NCBI RefSeq assembly: GCF_018350175.1
Contig: NC_058368.1
Span: forward strand, 214,584,001 to 214,648,000
Direction of reading: 5' to 3'
From: Felis catus
Taxonomy: Eukaryota
Length of the DNA stretch: 64,000 nt
The notes beneath the pieces were generated by a model. It saw only the letters and a program-made list of their open reading frames with translations. It searched no databases and was not told where the DNA came from. The position numbers and the translations under genes are program-made. Of this stretch, positions 25,932 through 39,788 are shown piece after piece. Position 1 is the first letter of the stretch. Every line of letters begins with the position of its first letter.

Positions 25932-26154
25932 GGGGTGCCTGGGTGGCTCAGTCGGTTAAGCGTCCGACTTCGGCTCAGGTCATGATCTCACAGTTCATGA
26001 GTTCGAGCCCCGCGTCGGGCTCTGTGCTGACAGCTCAGAACCTGGAGCCTGTTTCAGATTCTGTGTCTCTCTCTCTCTCTGACCCTCCCCCGTTCATGCT
26101 CTGTCTCTCTCTGTCTCAAAAGTAAATAAACGTTAAAAAAAATTAAAAAAAAAA
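25932..26154 (+). mobile_element. Young CanSINE (SINEC_Fc)
   Basis: A box tggctcagtcgg, B box gagttcgagcc, retained CpGs, (CT)n tract and A-tail. Perfect 17-bp TSD agaaagtaaactagcca at 25915-25931 and 26155-26171. Confidence 0.98.
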
Positions 26155-26863
26155 AGAAAGTAAACTAGCCATATCCAGAGTAGCTTGTGAAATTTACATA
26201 AAAGAGAAGTTTTGTTGTATCTTAAACATTAGGTTAGACTGTAAAGAAGAGAACACTATTAATGTGAAAAATGTGGAAATTGGAAAGGCAAACGATGTGT
26301 GTAAAGGAGCCAGGAAGAAAAAATTAGAATGTAAGATCCAAGAAGGTCACAGTTTGGAGATATTGTTGAAAATGTTGATTACACACAAAGTCAGAGTGAC
26401 GTGAATTCCAGTTCGTGAGGTTTAAATAATATCTTGGCACATAGGAAACACTCAATAAATGTTTTTTAGATTGAATTAATTAATTTATCCTGTAGGCAAT
26501 AGGGAGTGTTGATGGGTTTTTGTGCAGAACCATGGCATGTTGACAGTATTGTTTTATACCTATTAATCTGGCATTATTCAGTAAGTTGAGGGACTTCTAA
26601 ACATGAGATAAAGTCAGAAGAATTTTAAGGAATGGGTGGACAAAGTATCCACTTAGAAGTAATATCAGGAAGTCAAATATTCTGAGTCTCTGGAAATGAA
26701 ATAATTTATGAAATGCTATTTCAAAACACATACTGAATACCTACTAGGAGCTATGTGAACAAAAGGGAACAGAGTTCATGAACAATTTGAGAAAGGTACA
26801 GGAAATAAAAGATGGTGTGATTAACTATGAGATTAAGAGAAATAGGTAAACCATCAGCGTTTG

Positions 26864-27272
26864 TTTTTTAAAAATATTTGTTTATTTTGAAAGTGGGAGA
26901 GAGCGCATAATCGGGGGAGGGGCAGAGAGAAAGGGAGAGAGAGATTCCCAAGCAGGCTCCATGCTATCAGTGTGGAGCCTGACTAGGGGCTGTATCTCAA
27001 GAACTGTGAGATCATGACCTGAGCCAAAATCAAGAGTAGGATGCTTAAGGGCTGCGTGGATGGCCCAGTTGCTTAACCAACAGACTCAATTTTGGCTCAA
27101 GTTGTGATCTGACAGTTGATGAGATGGAATCCTGCAACAGGTTGCACACTCACAGTGCAAGCCTGCTTGAGATTCTCTCTTTCCCTTTCTCTCTGCCCCT
27201 CCCCCACTCCTTCTCACTCTCTCTCAAAATAAATAAACATTAAAAAAAATCAGCGGCTTAACCAGGTGCCCC
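26864..27272 (-). mobile_element. CanSINE interrupted near its head by a second SINE
   Basis: Body and tail at 26864-27048; residual head ccaggtgcccc at 27262-27272. Confidence 0.88.
27049..27249 (+). mobile_element. CanSINE nested in opposite orientation
   Basis: Head gggctgcgtggatggcccag, CT tract, aaataaataaacattaaaaaaaa tail. Flanked by decayed duplicated ...gcttaa target. Confidence 0.9.
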
Positions 27273-30147
27273 AGTAATAGACTTTACTTCAATGAAATAT
27301 TGAATTTGTTCAAAGGATGCATAGTGCATAGTAGGAAACATCTGTCTTCTGAACATCATTGCAATAAGATGAAAATATTGTAAAGCAGTGCTATTTATAT
27401 GATTAGGCATATATGTGTGATTATTTCCAGATACTATGAAATGCGGTTTGTTTGTAAATTTGTAAATTCTTTGTAAATTTTTTGAGAGGGAGAATTTGTT
27501 TTAGTTTCAGTTTCTGTAATGGAACCCATAAAAAATCCTAATCTATTTAGGAATATATTTTATATGTTTATATATTAATATTTACATAGTTATATAATAT
27601 TTATATAACATAAATAAGTATAACCTTGAGTAAATTATATAGTTTTATTTTAATATTTGAATAATATTCATGTATCTTCAAATTATTTGAATTCAAAATT
27701 TTGATCTGTGATGCTTTGGAGTATATACTTTATATAAACACTATTCTTATACATAGAAATATAGATGCATTATAGAGTATATTTAATCTATAATAAAATA
27801 ACATACATATTGCATACTAAGTCTGTTAATATGTCAAAGAATGGGCTGTCATTAGAAGAGTGAACATATGAATTTATTTTGGGATTTAATTCAATTTATA
27901 ATTTCATTCAGTGAACATTTAATGAATTCAAGTAACAAATTAAACAAAATATGATTTAATTCTTTGAATTCAAGATACATAACCTCTCTTTTGTTAGAAA
28001 GGCCATGGTGTTTTATATTTATTCCTAGATTGGTAACTTTCTAGAAAAATACACCCAACACTAAGAATGTCATTAGAATAACACTGTAAAAACCACATTT
28101 CAAATGTAACAACATGGCACATGTCATTCAAACATAGTCACTAGATGGGATTAAGAACATTTAGCCTTTCAGGGAATGGAAGTAGCAAACATTTTTCTTT
28201 TACCAAGATGTCCCTTTACTTTTGTGAACGCCTAGTGAAGTGGTTTGTGTGTATTCTCAAGTAATAGTGTTCCCTAAACCCACCTCTAAATTTCTGAACT
28301 GAATTATGTGACATGGTGATTTTCAGATGCTTCTAGTTAGTTAATAAAGAACTTTATTAATCGGCTTCTCAGCTTTCTGTTGAGAGAGCTTAGAATTCCC
28401 AGTAAGATTCTCTATTCTTATTCCATAATCAAGGCTATTAACCAAGTTGATAGAAATTTGTGGAGAACAATAAAATCTGCCCTAGAATTTTTTTTTTTTG
28501 GTAGAAGTGGATGAAGTTTGCTCCCTATTTCATTGCTTAAATGAATACTTAAAGGAAAAAAAGATGTTGAAATTCTTGAAGGGTTGACAAGGAAGCTGCT
28601 GGAGTGTGATTATGACAGTGGTAACCCTGCCCTGTTGGATATGTAGACCACATTTTCTCTTGTAGTGTGATGTTATATTCCTTTCAATTTTTGTGCAACC
28701 AAAATGTTGAACACTGGCCATTTTTGTCTTACACAATCGGATGAAAGCAATTGCTATCAATGAGTATAACATGATAGAGGAAAGGTGCCCACCATTATTC
28801 AATAAATAAGATAAGACTATGAACTGAATTTCTTTATTTTCATTTATCAGAATATTTCTGAAAATACGATATAAAGATAGTACAGGAATTATTCATATAA
28901 AAAGTAAAGCCTCTTTACTTGAACTTTCAGAAAAATTCTCTTCACAAAGTAGCCCGTTGGAGAGTTCATGGGCGGAACAATAAGGAACACAAAACAAAAT
29001 TTGAACAAAAAATCAGTAAGGCTAACTGGAACAAACTAATCTCCCTTCAAAGATATAATTTGCATTTTGGAAAATATTTTCATGTTTGCATTTTAATGTT
29101 GCTATACCGTGGGAGTATCTGAGAAAGTTTTACTTCCAATACTAAAATAACACTGTAGTTTCAAATATGCATCCCAAACTCCACGATTGCCTAAAAGTGA
29201 ATAGTAACAAATAAGAGGTAGGAATAAGGACGTGAACTTTTTTTTTCCATATTAGCTGATGAATTTGATTCATGGACTATTCACAGTCAAGATTTTGAAA
29301 GATAAGGTTTGAAAATTAAATTGTTTCATTCCTCACTCAAACATTTTATCACCTAACCAGAGTTTCTTGTTTATGGAATATATTGGCTACTTAGTAAATG
29401 GCAGGCACAGCACTACTTGCTGAGAATTCAAAACATTAGGAGATAGATGATCCCCAGACATTGTTTGAAGGATATAATGAAAGTTCAAAGTCCTATTTGA
29501 TTAAACATTCTCATAAATTAGAATAGATGGATGGACTTTTATTGCTAGCAAGCTTTAGAGAGTGAAACAGAAGAATACTTATATTTTACTACAAAGGGAC
29601 CAAAAAAAAAAAAAAAACCAGCTGAACTAAATCTTATGAATTTAATACAGCAAACCTATCACAAACTTCACTTTCTTGGTGAAAAGGAGCTTCCTAGGCC
29701 TCACTGTTTGATTTTTCCAAGCTTTATTGTTTTATGCTAAATTTGGTATCTTAGTGACAGCTTTAAAGGAATGCCCGTGTATGCTTCTAAAATGGGCTGC
29801 AGCTGCTTCTCAAACTAACATCTTGGCTTAGTTTCCACATTTTCTATTTGAACATGAAACAGTGCTGGAGTCCCAAATAGTGGCTATTAATCCTCTCCCC
29901 TAGAATATGTGGCAATTCTAAAATTCTGAATGGCTTGCTTTTAAATTCTTTCACTCACTTCATTTGATGAGTTATTGTTCCTTTTATGTAACTTAAACAA
30001 TATTTTTTTTCAAATACTTCTTATAACAGGCAAGTCTGTTCCTCCTTAAGTACTTCCATACTCTAGCACTTTGTATGTTGCATTTCCATTTCCAAATGTT
30101 GGAGGTATAGGAGAAGGAAAAACCATGTTTTTAAAGTGATTGAGCCC

Positions 30148-30260
30148 ATATCTATATCTATATCATCTATATCTGTATCTATATCTATATCATCTATCTA
30201 TATATCTATATCTATCTAGCTAGCTAGCTAGCTAGCTATCTAGCTATCTAGCTATATATC
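30148..30260. repeat. Compound microsatellite (TATATC/TATC)n-(TAGC)n
   Basis: Direct reading. Confidence 0.9.
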
Positions 30261-30792
30261 TGTGTGGTCATTTTTTGTTTTTTCTGTGTTGTTTTGTGGA
30301 CTCTTCATAAACCATATCTTCTTGTTTGCCTGAACTTTGCCATCTAGAAGTGGAAGATGGGTGGAAGAAGGTGCTTAAAAGTTGATTACTACTCTGAGAT
30401 TTGAGGAAACTTAGACAAATTTGCTTATTATTCTAGACTTTACCAATGTTTTAAAGTGGACATTGTAAAGGCCATGTATATACTTAAAAGCCAGTTACTA
30501 GGTCAATATATGTTTAATCACTGGTTTAAAATCAAGCCTTTTTCCAACAATAAGATAAATATACATATACATATGTATACATTTCATATGTTTCATATTA
30601 ATTCCTATATTAAGGCACTCAGAGACCAGTTTCTAGATTATAGAGCTATAGTGGACAAAGAAAATGTGAGTTCTTCAGGTCATTGCAAAAGCATACCTGA
30701 GGGTAAAGCAAAACCCGTGACGGTATCTATAGCAGGTGACGTTGTATGTCTTATAAAAAGGTGTCAGAAATTTGCTGAAAATAAGATAGATT

Positions 30793-31025
30793 TTTATTTT
30801 TTTTATTTATTTTTTTTAAATGTTTATTTATTTTTGAGAGAGAGAGTGCACATGTGAGAGCGGGGGAGGCACAGAGAGCGAGGGAGCTGGAGGATCTGAC
30901 GTGGATTATGCACTGATAGAAGCGAGCCCGATGCAGAGTCCAATGTGGGGTTGGAACTCATGAACTGTGAGATCGTGACCTGAGCCGAAATCAGATGCTT
31001 AACCAACTGAGTCACCCAGGAGCCC
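30793..31025 (-). mobile_element. CanSINE (older subfamily)
   Basis: SINE structure on the reverse strand. TSD taagatagatt starting at 30782 and 31026. Confidence 0.92.
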
Positions 31026-32193
31026 TAAGATAGATTATTAAAAGGTTCTGTTTTAATGAAACATTTTTCATTAAATGAAAAATGAAAATGAAACAAAAAT
31101 GAAACATTTTTCTCATATTTGAAAATCGTGTAGAAAATGCAAATAAAATTATTTGGCCTATTTATCCTGGGAATTCAACATGAGACTAACATTCAAAAAC
31201 CAATCATGTTAACAGAATTAAGGAGAAATATGTCATATAATAATTATAATGGATGCAGAACAGGTATTTGATGAAATCTAACATCTTTTCATGATAAAAA
31301 GTTTTAGAAAATTAGTAATTTTCATAAAAGGTACCAACTAAAACCGACAGCAAACATATCCTATTTAATAGTTAAATATTGAAAACTGTCCCTTGAGATA
31401 AGTGAGATAAGAATACCACTGTCTCCTCTATTCATCATTTTTCTGAAGATGTTGTTCAGTGCAGTGGAGCTAAATAAATGTAACGGTATTGAAAGAGAGG
31501 AATAAAATTGTCATTATTTGCATATACTTTTTAAAAATTAGTAAAAATGAATTAGCAAATTCATCTTCTGAACATGGTGTTTCTGTATATGATACTAACC
31601 ATAAATATCGAATTAATTTCTAAATATAAACAAAATTTAGAAAAATTATATAATGATACCTTTAAGAATAGCTTATAACTATCAAATAACTAGGAATGAA
31701 TCTAACAAAAGTTAGGCAAACTCCTTACAAACAAAACTATTAAATATGAGAGAAATTAAAGAAGGCTAAATAAATGGAAAGAGGTACCATATTCATGGAC
31801 TGGAAAATCCAATATTGTAATGCTATTAAATGTACCCTAATTGATCTATACATTAAATGGAATTCCAATGCAAATTTTATCCTTTTTTTTTTTTGGTGGA
31901 AATTGATAAGCTGAATTTACATTATATATTGAGAAGCTAAGGACCAAGAAGAAATGACGATCTTGAAAAAAGTGAGGAATCTTACATTGTAAAATATCTA
32001 GACTTCTAAATCTTCAGGAATTAAGTAATTATTCAGTATATAATGGAGTGAGAATAGATAAACAAAGCAACACACAGCACCAAGTTATAGTCAGTTGAGT
32101 TATGATAAAGTTCCTCTTCAGTACAATAGGAAAAAGATGTTCTTTTCAATAAATGGCTCTAGGTCAACTGGATATCCACATAACGAAAATCTT

Positions 32194-32408
32194 TAAAAAA
32201 AATTTTTTTAAGTTTATTTATTTATTTTGAGAGAGACAGAGACAGTGCAAGTGGGGGGAGGGACAGAGAGAGGGAGACAGAGAATCCCAAGCAGGCTCCC
32301 CACTAACAGCTTGGAGCCTATGTGGGGCCTGAACTCATGAAACCAGCGAGATCATGACCTGAGCCGAAAACAAGAGTTGCTTAACCGACTAAGCCACCCA
32401 GGCACCCC
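32194..32408 (-). mobile_element. CanSINE
   Basis: TSD ccacataaNgaaaatctt at 32176-32193 and 32408-32425. Confidence 0.95.
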
Positions 32409-32787
32409 CACATAAAGAAAATCTTAATCTTGAGTCCTACTTCAAATTATTAAAAAAAGAAATCATGTCTCAGTGGACTGTGGACCTAAATGTAAGGGTA
32501 AAACAATACATTTTCTAAAAGATAACAAAGGAGAAAGTTTCCATAGTTTGGGAGTTGATAAATATTTCTTAAATTATCTACATAAAACTTTTCTAATAAA
32601 GACCTCTGAAGTGGACTTTGTTAAAATTGATTGCTTGCATTCGTTAAGTCAACAGTAAGAAAGAGAAAAACCAGAGTGGAAGAAGATGTTGGCAGTATAT
32701 ATACCTGAAAAAGGACTCACATCAGGAGTATGCAGAGAGCTCCTTTAAATCAGTAAGAAAAATACAGACAATTTAAAAATGATGGGC

Positions 32788-32967
32788 GGGGCGCCTTGGT
32801 CACTCAGTCGGTTAAGCGTTGAGCTCTCGATTCTGGTTCAGGTCATGATCTCACAGTTCATGAGTTCATGAACTCCACCAGCAGTGTGGATCCTGCTTGG
32901 GATTCTCTCCCTCTCCCTTTCTCTCTGCCCCTCCCCCTTTCTCAAAATTAATAAATAAACTAAAAAA
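32788..32967 (+). mobile_element. CanSINE with internal deletion
   Basis: Head ggggcgcc and A-tail. TSD aaaaatgatgggc at 32775-32787 and 32968-32980. Confidence 0.93.
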
Positions 32968-35900
32968 AAAAATGATGGGCAAAAGTATTGATGAGGCATT
33001 TCACAAAAGAAGATATTCAAATATCCAGTATGCCTATACAGAGTTGCTCAACATCGTTAATCAGAGAAATTCAAATTAAAACCCAAATGAGATAGTATTA
33101 AAAATGAAATAGAATGAATTAACTTAAAAATTAAAGTTAAAAAATTTTAAAGATGAAAATGAAAGTTCTTGATGAGGATATTGAGCAGCTGGAACACTTG
33201 CATTCAGACGGTGGTTATGTAAAATGAGTTAGTCATTTTGGAATACCGTGTAGAAATATCTACTGGAGCTGGATGTACACAAATTCTATGAACTGGTGTT
33301 CTACCATAGACACGTACCTAACAGAAATGAAGACTTGTGTGCCTGTAATGACATGTACAGGAATGTTTGTACCCACAACCTAAAATCTGGTATGAACAAA
33401 TAAATTGTGATGTAAATTGTAAATAAGTTGTGATGCCACATGAAGTGGCATATAAGTAATGTCATAAAATAACATCACTACTGCTACATATAGCATAATG
33501 GATGAATTTCACAAACATAATGTGGACCAAAAGAAGAGTTCTAGAAAGACTAGGCATAGTATGGACTTATTGCGGGCTATAGAAGGCAGCATATTGGTTA
33601 CTTTTTTGGAAGTAACATAATGACTTGAGCAGCTAGGAAGGAGGCTTCTGTGATGCTGGGATTGTTCTGATAAATTATATCAGAATGGGATTACATGGGT
33701 GCGTTCACATTGTGATAATTCATCAAGCCGTACACGTATACTCTGCTCACTTTATGGTGTGTGGAATAGATCTTGATAAAAAAGTTTAATTTATTTAAAA
33801 AAGAAAAGATTTTGGCATTTCTATAAAGAAGTCACTGAATTGTTTCCTTAAAGTATATAAAAGAAAAAATGAATTTCAAACCGAAGAGATGGTATTCCTG
33901 GGTAAATATTGGATTTGTGGGGAGGGTTATGTGAATTATTTGGTAGATAAATAGAATCTGTAGTGTGTACAACTTAAAGCAATTCTCCAGTATCAGAAAC
34001 AATTTTACTCCTTGTTCACAGATGCTAACATAAAACTATAAATGGGTTACACAACTTACTAATCATCACAAGCAGGGAATATGCAAAAAGGAGACAGAAT
34101 TATTAAAATCCTACAAGCATTCTCTGTTCCGTCAGAAACTCTGTTGACAGGTTCTTTCCTCTTTTATTTGGCATTACACTATTTTTTGAAAGTTCTGATC
34201 TTAAAGGAGACAACGGGTAGTAGATAAGTCTCCTGAATATGAGAGCAAATTTCCATAGATCAACCTGTAGGCATTTTGTCATTGGTAAATTGGTGATGCT
34301 TTTTAAAATGGTTTTGAACTTCAGAAAATGTCTTTGTAATGCCACATTACAGGGAGAACTGCAAAAAGGACCCCTTTCCTTCAATGTGCCATTGTACTCT
34401 GCTGCTGTTTTGTACCATGAGCTTTATGTGATTTTAACTATTATTGTTTACGATGGTGATGTCTTAATTGTTGATGTAGCAGCCCGAACTTCTTGGTGGA
34501 AGCTTCATAATAATTAAAGATATCATTATAATAGTTCCTGGCAAGTAAAGAAATACCAGGGTTCCTTAGGTAGGTTTTTGCGGGAACTAATTGCACAAGG
34601 ATCAACATATTTCCTATGGGACAGTAGGAGGTAAGATTAAAAAGCACATTTTTACCACTCCCTCCCCACCCCCCACCCCAGCCTGGTCCCCTGCTGCTGC
34701 TACTACCTTGTGACTAACAAGTGAACAAACAAAGCTTACTTGTTTGTTTTGGTTTTAATTTGATCACTCACAGTGTCACCCTATTCTCCCCACATCCTTG
34801 ATGGCATTATCTCAGGCTGGGAAATACACATAACATGTACTAAACATGCATGTTGTCCTTGATAACATTTCTTCTTGAAGGGCATTTTAACTTTTTGCAA
34901 TGCCTATTACTATGAAAACAATTAAATTTATTAATATATTTAACGGAGGAAGGAATTTTGCAAAAATTTGAGCATTTCTGTGCACTGTGGTTTGTTCATT
35001 ATTATTCTTTAGCATCATGTCATAGTGGTTTCCATTTCTATGAAAGTGATTTTAGTTAAAATTTTCTTTCCTTGAACGGTAATAGTTTATTAGTGCCGTT
35101 TTTTTGGTTTTTTGTTTTTGTTTTTTTTTTTAAGAAAATAGTGGTTGTTCTCGGGGAAAGAATGATGAGTGATTGTATTACTTCAGATGTCTTTCTGCCT
35201 GTTTTACTAAAATGCAGACATTATTTAATGATTTCAAAAACTTCATCTGACCATTTGGTTAAATAATCCTTGTCTTCCTTCTTATTAAGTTAATGACCAT
35301 GCATTGTGTACGTTCATATGTAGATCGAACCTCTTTTTCTTAGGATTGAATTTTATGATGTCTGCCATAAGGAAAAGTTCTAATATTTATTTACTGACTT
35401 TATTTCTTACAGGAAATAGAATATGAACTATCCCAACTGATCAATTTTTCTAGACTTCAAGAAGATGAAAATATAAAATAGAGTTTCATACTTTTTTTAG
35501 AGATTTTATACTATAAATAATCACATTACTCTCAACTTGAGAATCCTATGGACCAGCTAACAAATGTTCTGTTACTAGCCTTTGCATGTCTGACAACTAA
35601 AAATGACTTAATTCTATTGATGATTACTTTAAAAACAAAAAAGGTACCACAAAATGGAATTTGCATATCTGAAACATGAAAATCATCAAAAACTTAATAG
35701 AAAGCATTAGCAATTATTGCCATATGGTATAATTTTATCCTGAATTTGTTTAAAAGATTAAAGATGAGGAGCTACAGTACCAAGATGTGTTTCACAGAGA
35801 ATATTTAATATATAATATTTTAAACTTTATATTGGCAAAAGGATTTGAAAATATGCTTTTTTAAAAAGAATAACTTTAAAGTAGAATAAATATACAAAAA

Positions 35901-36384
35901 TTAATCTCCTAAATTATAATTTTAGCAGGTAAAAATGTACAAAATGCATACATTTCATTGACCTCCTTCCGAAGTGAGCAAGCTGTTAACTATTCACTGG
36001 AAAGATTGGCTTTACTACATTTTGACGGGGAGGTAAAACACAATGGGAGAAGAGCATGGGGGTATCTGGAAGAGATACTAGGAAACAATTATTTTTCTTT
36101 ATTTTCCTAATTGAGATGAACATTTTGCAAGTTATGAGTTCACCTGGATAGGGACAAGGGCAGAGTTCTGGAGAGCTCTCTGAATATCCTTTTTGGACAT
36201 TAGTCTATATATTTGGAGATTCAATTTCATAACATATTTTAGCTGCGTCTGATATTCTTTTAATGGTACTCTGGGAATTCTTGAGCTGTAGAAATGGGTA
36301 TTCCTTCTCCCCAAGTAGAACTGACCATTCCTTTCTTCTCCTGTGGTATCCTTTTACAGTGTATAGACATGTTGTACCCATTGG

Positions 36385-36522
36385 TTTATGCATTTATCTC
36401 TCTCCCCCAGATTGTAATGTGAATAAGGTGTGTCTTCACAGCTCCAGGTCTATCACACTGCCTCAGCACAAATGTGTGTTCAGTTAAGTGATTTTTAAAT
36501 GATTACGTGGATGAATAAATGC
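36385..36522 (+). mobile_element. L2 3' end relic
   Basis: tctctctcccccagattgtaa...acactgcctcagcacaaat...gatgaataaatg. Confidence 0.55.
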
Positions 36523-38959
36523 TTTAGTAAAGCATACCTCATTGACTCACAGATGTGTACATAACACTGTGATGTCAATCCTGCAAATGATTTTAGAGGA
36601 CTATCCAAGAACTAAGTATAATCAATTAACTCCTGGGTAGTTGGAAAACATCTCAGAAAGCAAACCTGTCCAAGCAATAAGTTACTGAGAGCACATACAT
36701 AACACCAATCGGAAATTAATAAACTGCCATACATTTTGGCTTTGAATGTGTCAAATTAGGAGTAACTGTGCTTACAGCCACAGTGGTTTAATGAATACAG
36801 ATTCTACACAAGATTTGTAAAATTGAACAATGACTGTCAAACATATTAAGACTTCTATGAAAATATTTATCGATACGAATATGAGGAAATGTCTGGCATG
36901 CTATGGATTGGTGTTGGTCATAGATCCTAGCTATACAGTGATGCAAAACAACCAGGAACCTTACATGAGACCAGCGTCTTTAGAGAACTGAGACAGAGGC
37001 ATCTCCTACAGCTGAGAGTTTTACTGATTCTGCAGGACTAAGGCACTAACCTTAATGTAGAAACTGCATTATACATATGTTATCCACTAGAGCACCTACT
37101 AATTATACTTTTGTTTTAGAACTTTGATATATGACACTGGGAGATTTTTTATGGTATTGAAGATTCAATTTTAGCATTTCTTTTTTTCTATACTGAGCCA
37201 ATTATTTCTTTCAAGATCTTGCATGACAGTTAAAGGAACAATTCATTAGTGTGGTGGTTAGTAGGAGAGGAGTCAGAAATAACCACTCTTTTTGGAAGTA
37301 GAGTTGGAGCATATCACAGTGGGCACAGGATCAAGGCTGCTGTGCACCAACCCTTAATGGGTGTTTTGAGTACATGATGGTAGGATTGGGGCTGATTATT
37401 TGGGCCATTTGGACATCTGCCTCTGCCATACGGTATTGCTTTTTTGGCAGAAGCTGCCAGAGCTACTTTCCAAGTTTGCACCTGATCACGGACAGGACTC
37501 TGTTTCTTGTTCTTTTATATTTTGTCTCTTCAAGCCCTATCATTGCACTCTGGATAAATGCTTTCTGTAGGTTCTGTGGGATAAACCCTTTACTACCCAA
37601 CACTGAAAATAAATGTTGGGAATGAACCTAGCCCCTAACTTTCTACTGCATCCTTAAATTCTCTCACAGTTTTCTTATACCAAATTATGCTATGTACAAA
37701 TACAGAATGATTTGTGGTAAAGGGGAAAAGTTACACACAGCAGACAAACAAAGCCCAGACCACTTACAATTTCCTGCACTCGTGTATTTCTTTTCATTCT
37801 CATTTTTGATACTTTCCCTACCTTTCATTTCACTTTTGTACTTTGGCAAGCACACACATTCAGCTGCAGGTATTTTTTTTCCTTTGACCTTAATAAGAAT
37901 GAATCCCCAATTTTTATTCAAATGAAAGGATTTCCAAATATAGGGGTTGGAATCAGTTGTGAACACACAGAATATAATGAAATGAACGAAGTGAGAATAA
38001 AAAGTAGACAGGAGAAGAGGACAGAAAAAAACCTTACAAAACTAATGAAACAAATATTGAAGGCATATGATAAAGTCATAAGTGATGTTAGCATGTTCAT
38101 TATAAATTAGGTGGCATTTCTTCTCATTTCTGCATCTTCTCATCTCTGAACCTGTTATAGCTACACAGGTTCAGTTTATGCTAGTCATTGTGGTAAGCTG
38201 ATTAAGAGCTCTGAAGCCCCATCCATCATTAAACCATCTCAATGTATTATTAAAACAACAAAATGACTTTTCCTCCAGGCAGACAATAAAACAAACTGCA
38301 ACAACTTCATGCTGTGTCTATACAACAGAGAAGGAATGGAAATTTCTCCCCTTCCACTTATTTTGATCAATGTGCATACCTAAATGAGAGAGCTGGAACT
38401 ACATTTTTACTTTGTGGTTTGAAGAACCTGTACAGTTGTCATCTTGATCAGATCAGAACACTAAGTGTCAAAAATTTTTGGTTGCTTTTGATTTGGCCTA
38501 ATTATATATTGTAGAGAGATTTTAGCTTTTTAGAATTAGTTATCTCTTCTTCAGTTTTTTTTTAAATCAATTGTCCCACAAAATAATGAGACAAAGGAAG
38601 ATACCTATTTTTGAATGGAAGGAATGTAAAGAAATTAACATGTTCAGAGATTCTTAGATCAGATGGTCAAAAAGATACGGAAGAATTAGATAGAGCACTC
38701 TGGGATTTATTTTCTGTACCTCCATTGTTTATTCATTCATAAAACATGAATAATACTAGGTAACTTCCCGGTACTTTTGCAGACACATATAGAAGCTATA
38801 GTCCCTTCTATCAGGAAACTTAAAATCCAAAGAGAGAGAGGCAGAAAAAGAAATGATTGCTAACACTATAAAGGGAAGGAATAATGCATGAGTTGCAAGA
38901 CACTGTAGGATGAAATGGAGGTGGACTTAGGATTCAGAGGTTTCCCACTGAAGTTGATA

Positions 38960-39155
38960 ATTATCACGAATGCCCACTATGTATTAGGCACTGGATTAAA
39001 TTCTTTGCTTGCATTAATTCATTTAACCTCCAACAAAATTTTGAGACTAGTAGTCATTATTTTCCTTTCACATGAGTAACATGTTCAGAGAGAACTTTTC
39101 CCCAAAAACCTTAAGTAGAAAAACATAATTTGAATCTAGGTCTGTCTGATTTGAT
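38960..39155 (-). mobile_element. MIR relic
   Basis: tgcccactatgtattaggcactg...attcatttaacctc...tttgaatctaggtctgtctga. Confidence 0.75.
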
Positions 39156-39159
39156 AGTT

Positions 39160-39345
39160 CCTGAAACCTCACTTTCAACATACACAAATTCCTTACAGAC
39201 TTACTTATCCCAGACCCCACTAACTGAAAAGTTTATAATCAGTCACTCCTCACAATCCCAGGGCAGCTCTTTCTGCACACAGGTCCTATTCCTGTGCTTT
39301 AATAAAAGCACCTTTTTGTACTGTGAAAAAAACAAAAACAAAACT
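39160..39345 (+). mobile_element. Carnivore ERV LTR U3/R fragment ending in an A-rich tail
   Basis: tataatcagtcactcctcacaatcccagggcagctctttctg...gtgctttAATAAA (39301) resembles recalled carnivore ERV1 LTRs. A-rich run at 39326-39343 sits where U5 is expected. Confidence 0.6.
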
Positions 39346-39574
39346 AAATACTAAGGGATGGCCTCTGGTTAATTTTCCGCCAGGAATTTCAGTTCTAGGT
39401 GTGTGCATTTAGAGGGTGCTCATTTGTGTACATAAAGAGGTTGAGACCAGGAAGTTTACTGCAACAATGTTCATTAAAAAAAAAAAAGACTTGTAATAAG
39501 CTAATTGTCTACTAATGAGGGAATATTTTTAAGGAATCTTAGGTATTTATTAAGAGAATCATGTGAAATACTGT

Positions 39575-39788
39575 AGACCATCTGGATTCAAAACCCAACT
39601 CTGCTGTTTCCTTACAGTGTGACCTTAGGGAAGTAGCTAAACTTCCCTGTGACTTGATTTTCTCATCTGTAAAATGACAATGATAAGAATATATAACGTA
39701 TTTGTAAGAATTAAAAAGGAAACAACACAAGTAAAACACCAAAAGTGTCTTGCACATAAGTGTTCAATAAATGTCAGTTAGTATTATG
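39575..39788 (+). mobile_element. MIR relic
   Basis: tgtgaccttagggaagt...ttttctcatctgtaaaatg...aagtgttcaataaatg. Confidence 0.85.

Larger units (their letters stand above)
31155..33795 (+). mobile_element. Ancient L1M (L1MC/ME-like) 3' half, interrupted by two SINEs
   Basis: Decayed RT-region DNA (gatgcagaacaggtatttgatgaaat; ttttcaataaatggctct) through an old-L1 3' end (aattcatcaagccgtacac...gataaaaaagttt). Confidence 0.85.

Noticed and set aside
34103..34647. Overlapping 68-93 aa ORFs on both strands
   Set aside because: No recognisable protein motif or convincing splice boundaries.
38146..38174. 10-bp perfect hairpin ctgaacctgt/acaggttcag (similar one at ~45310-45337)
   Set aside because: About one such stem is expected by chance in 64 kb; too short for a pre-miRNA.
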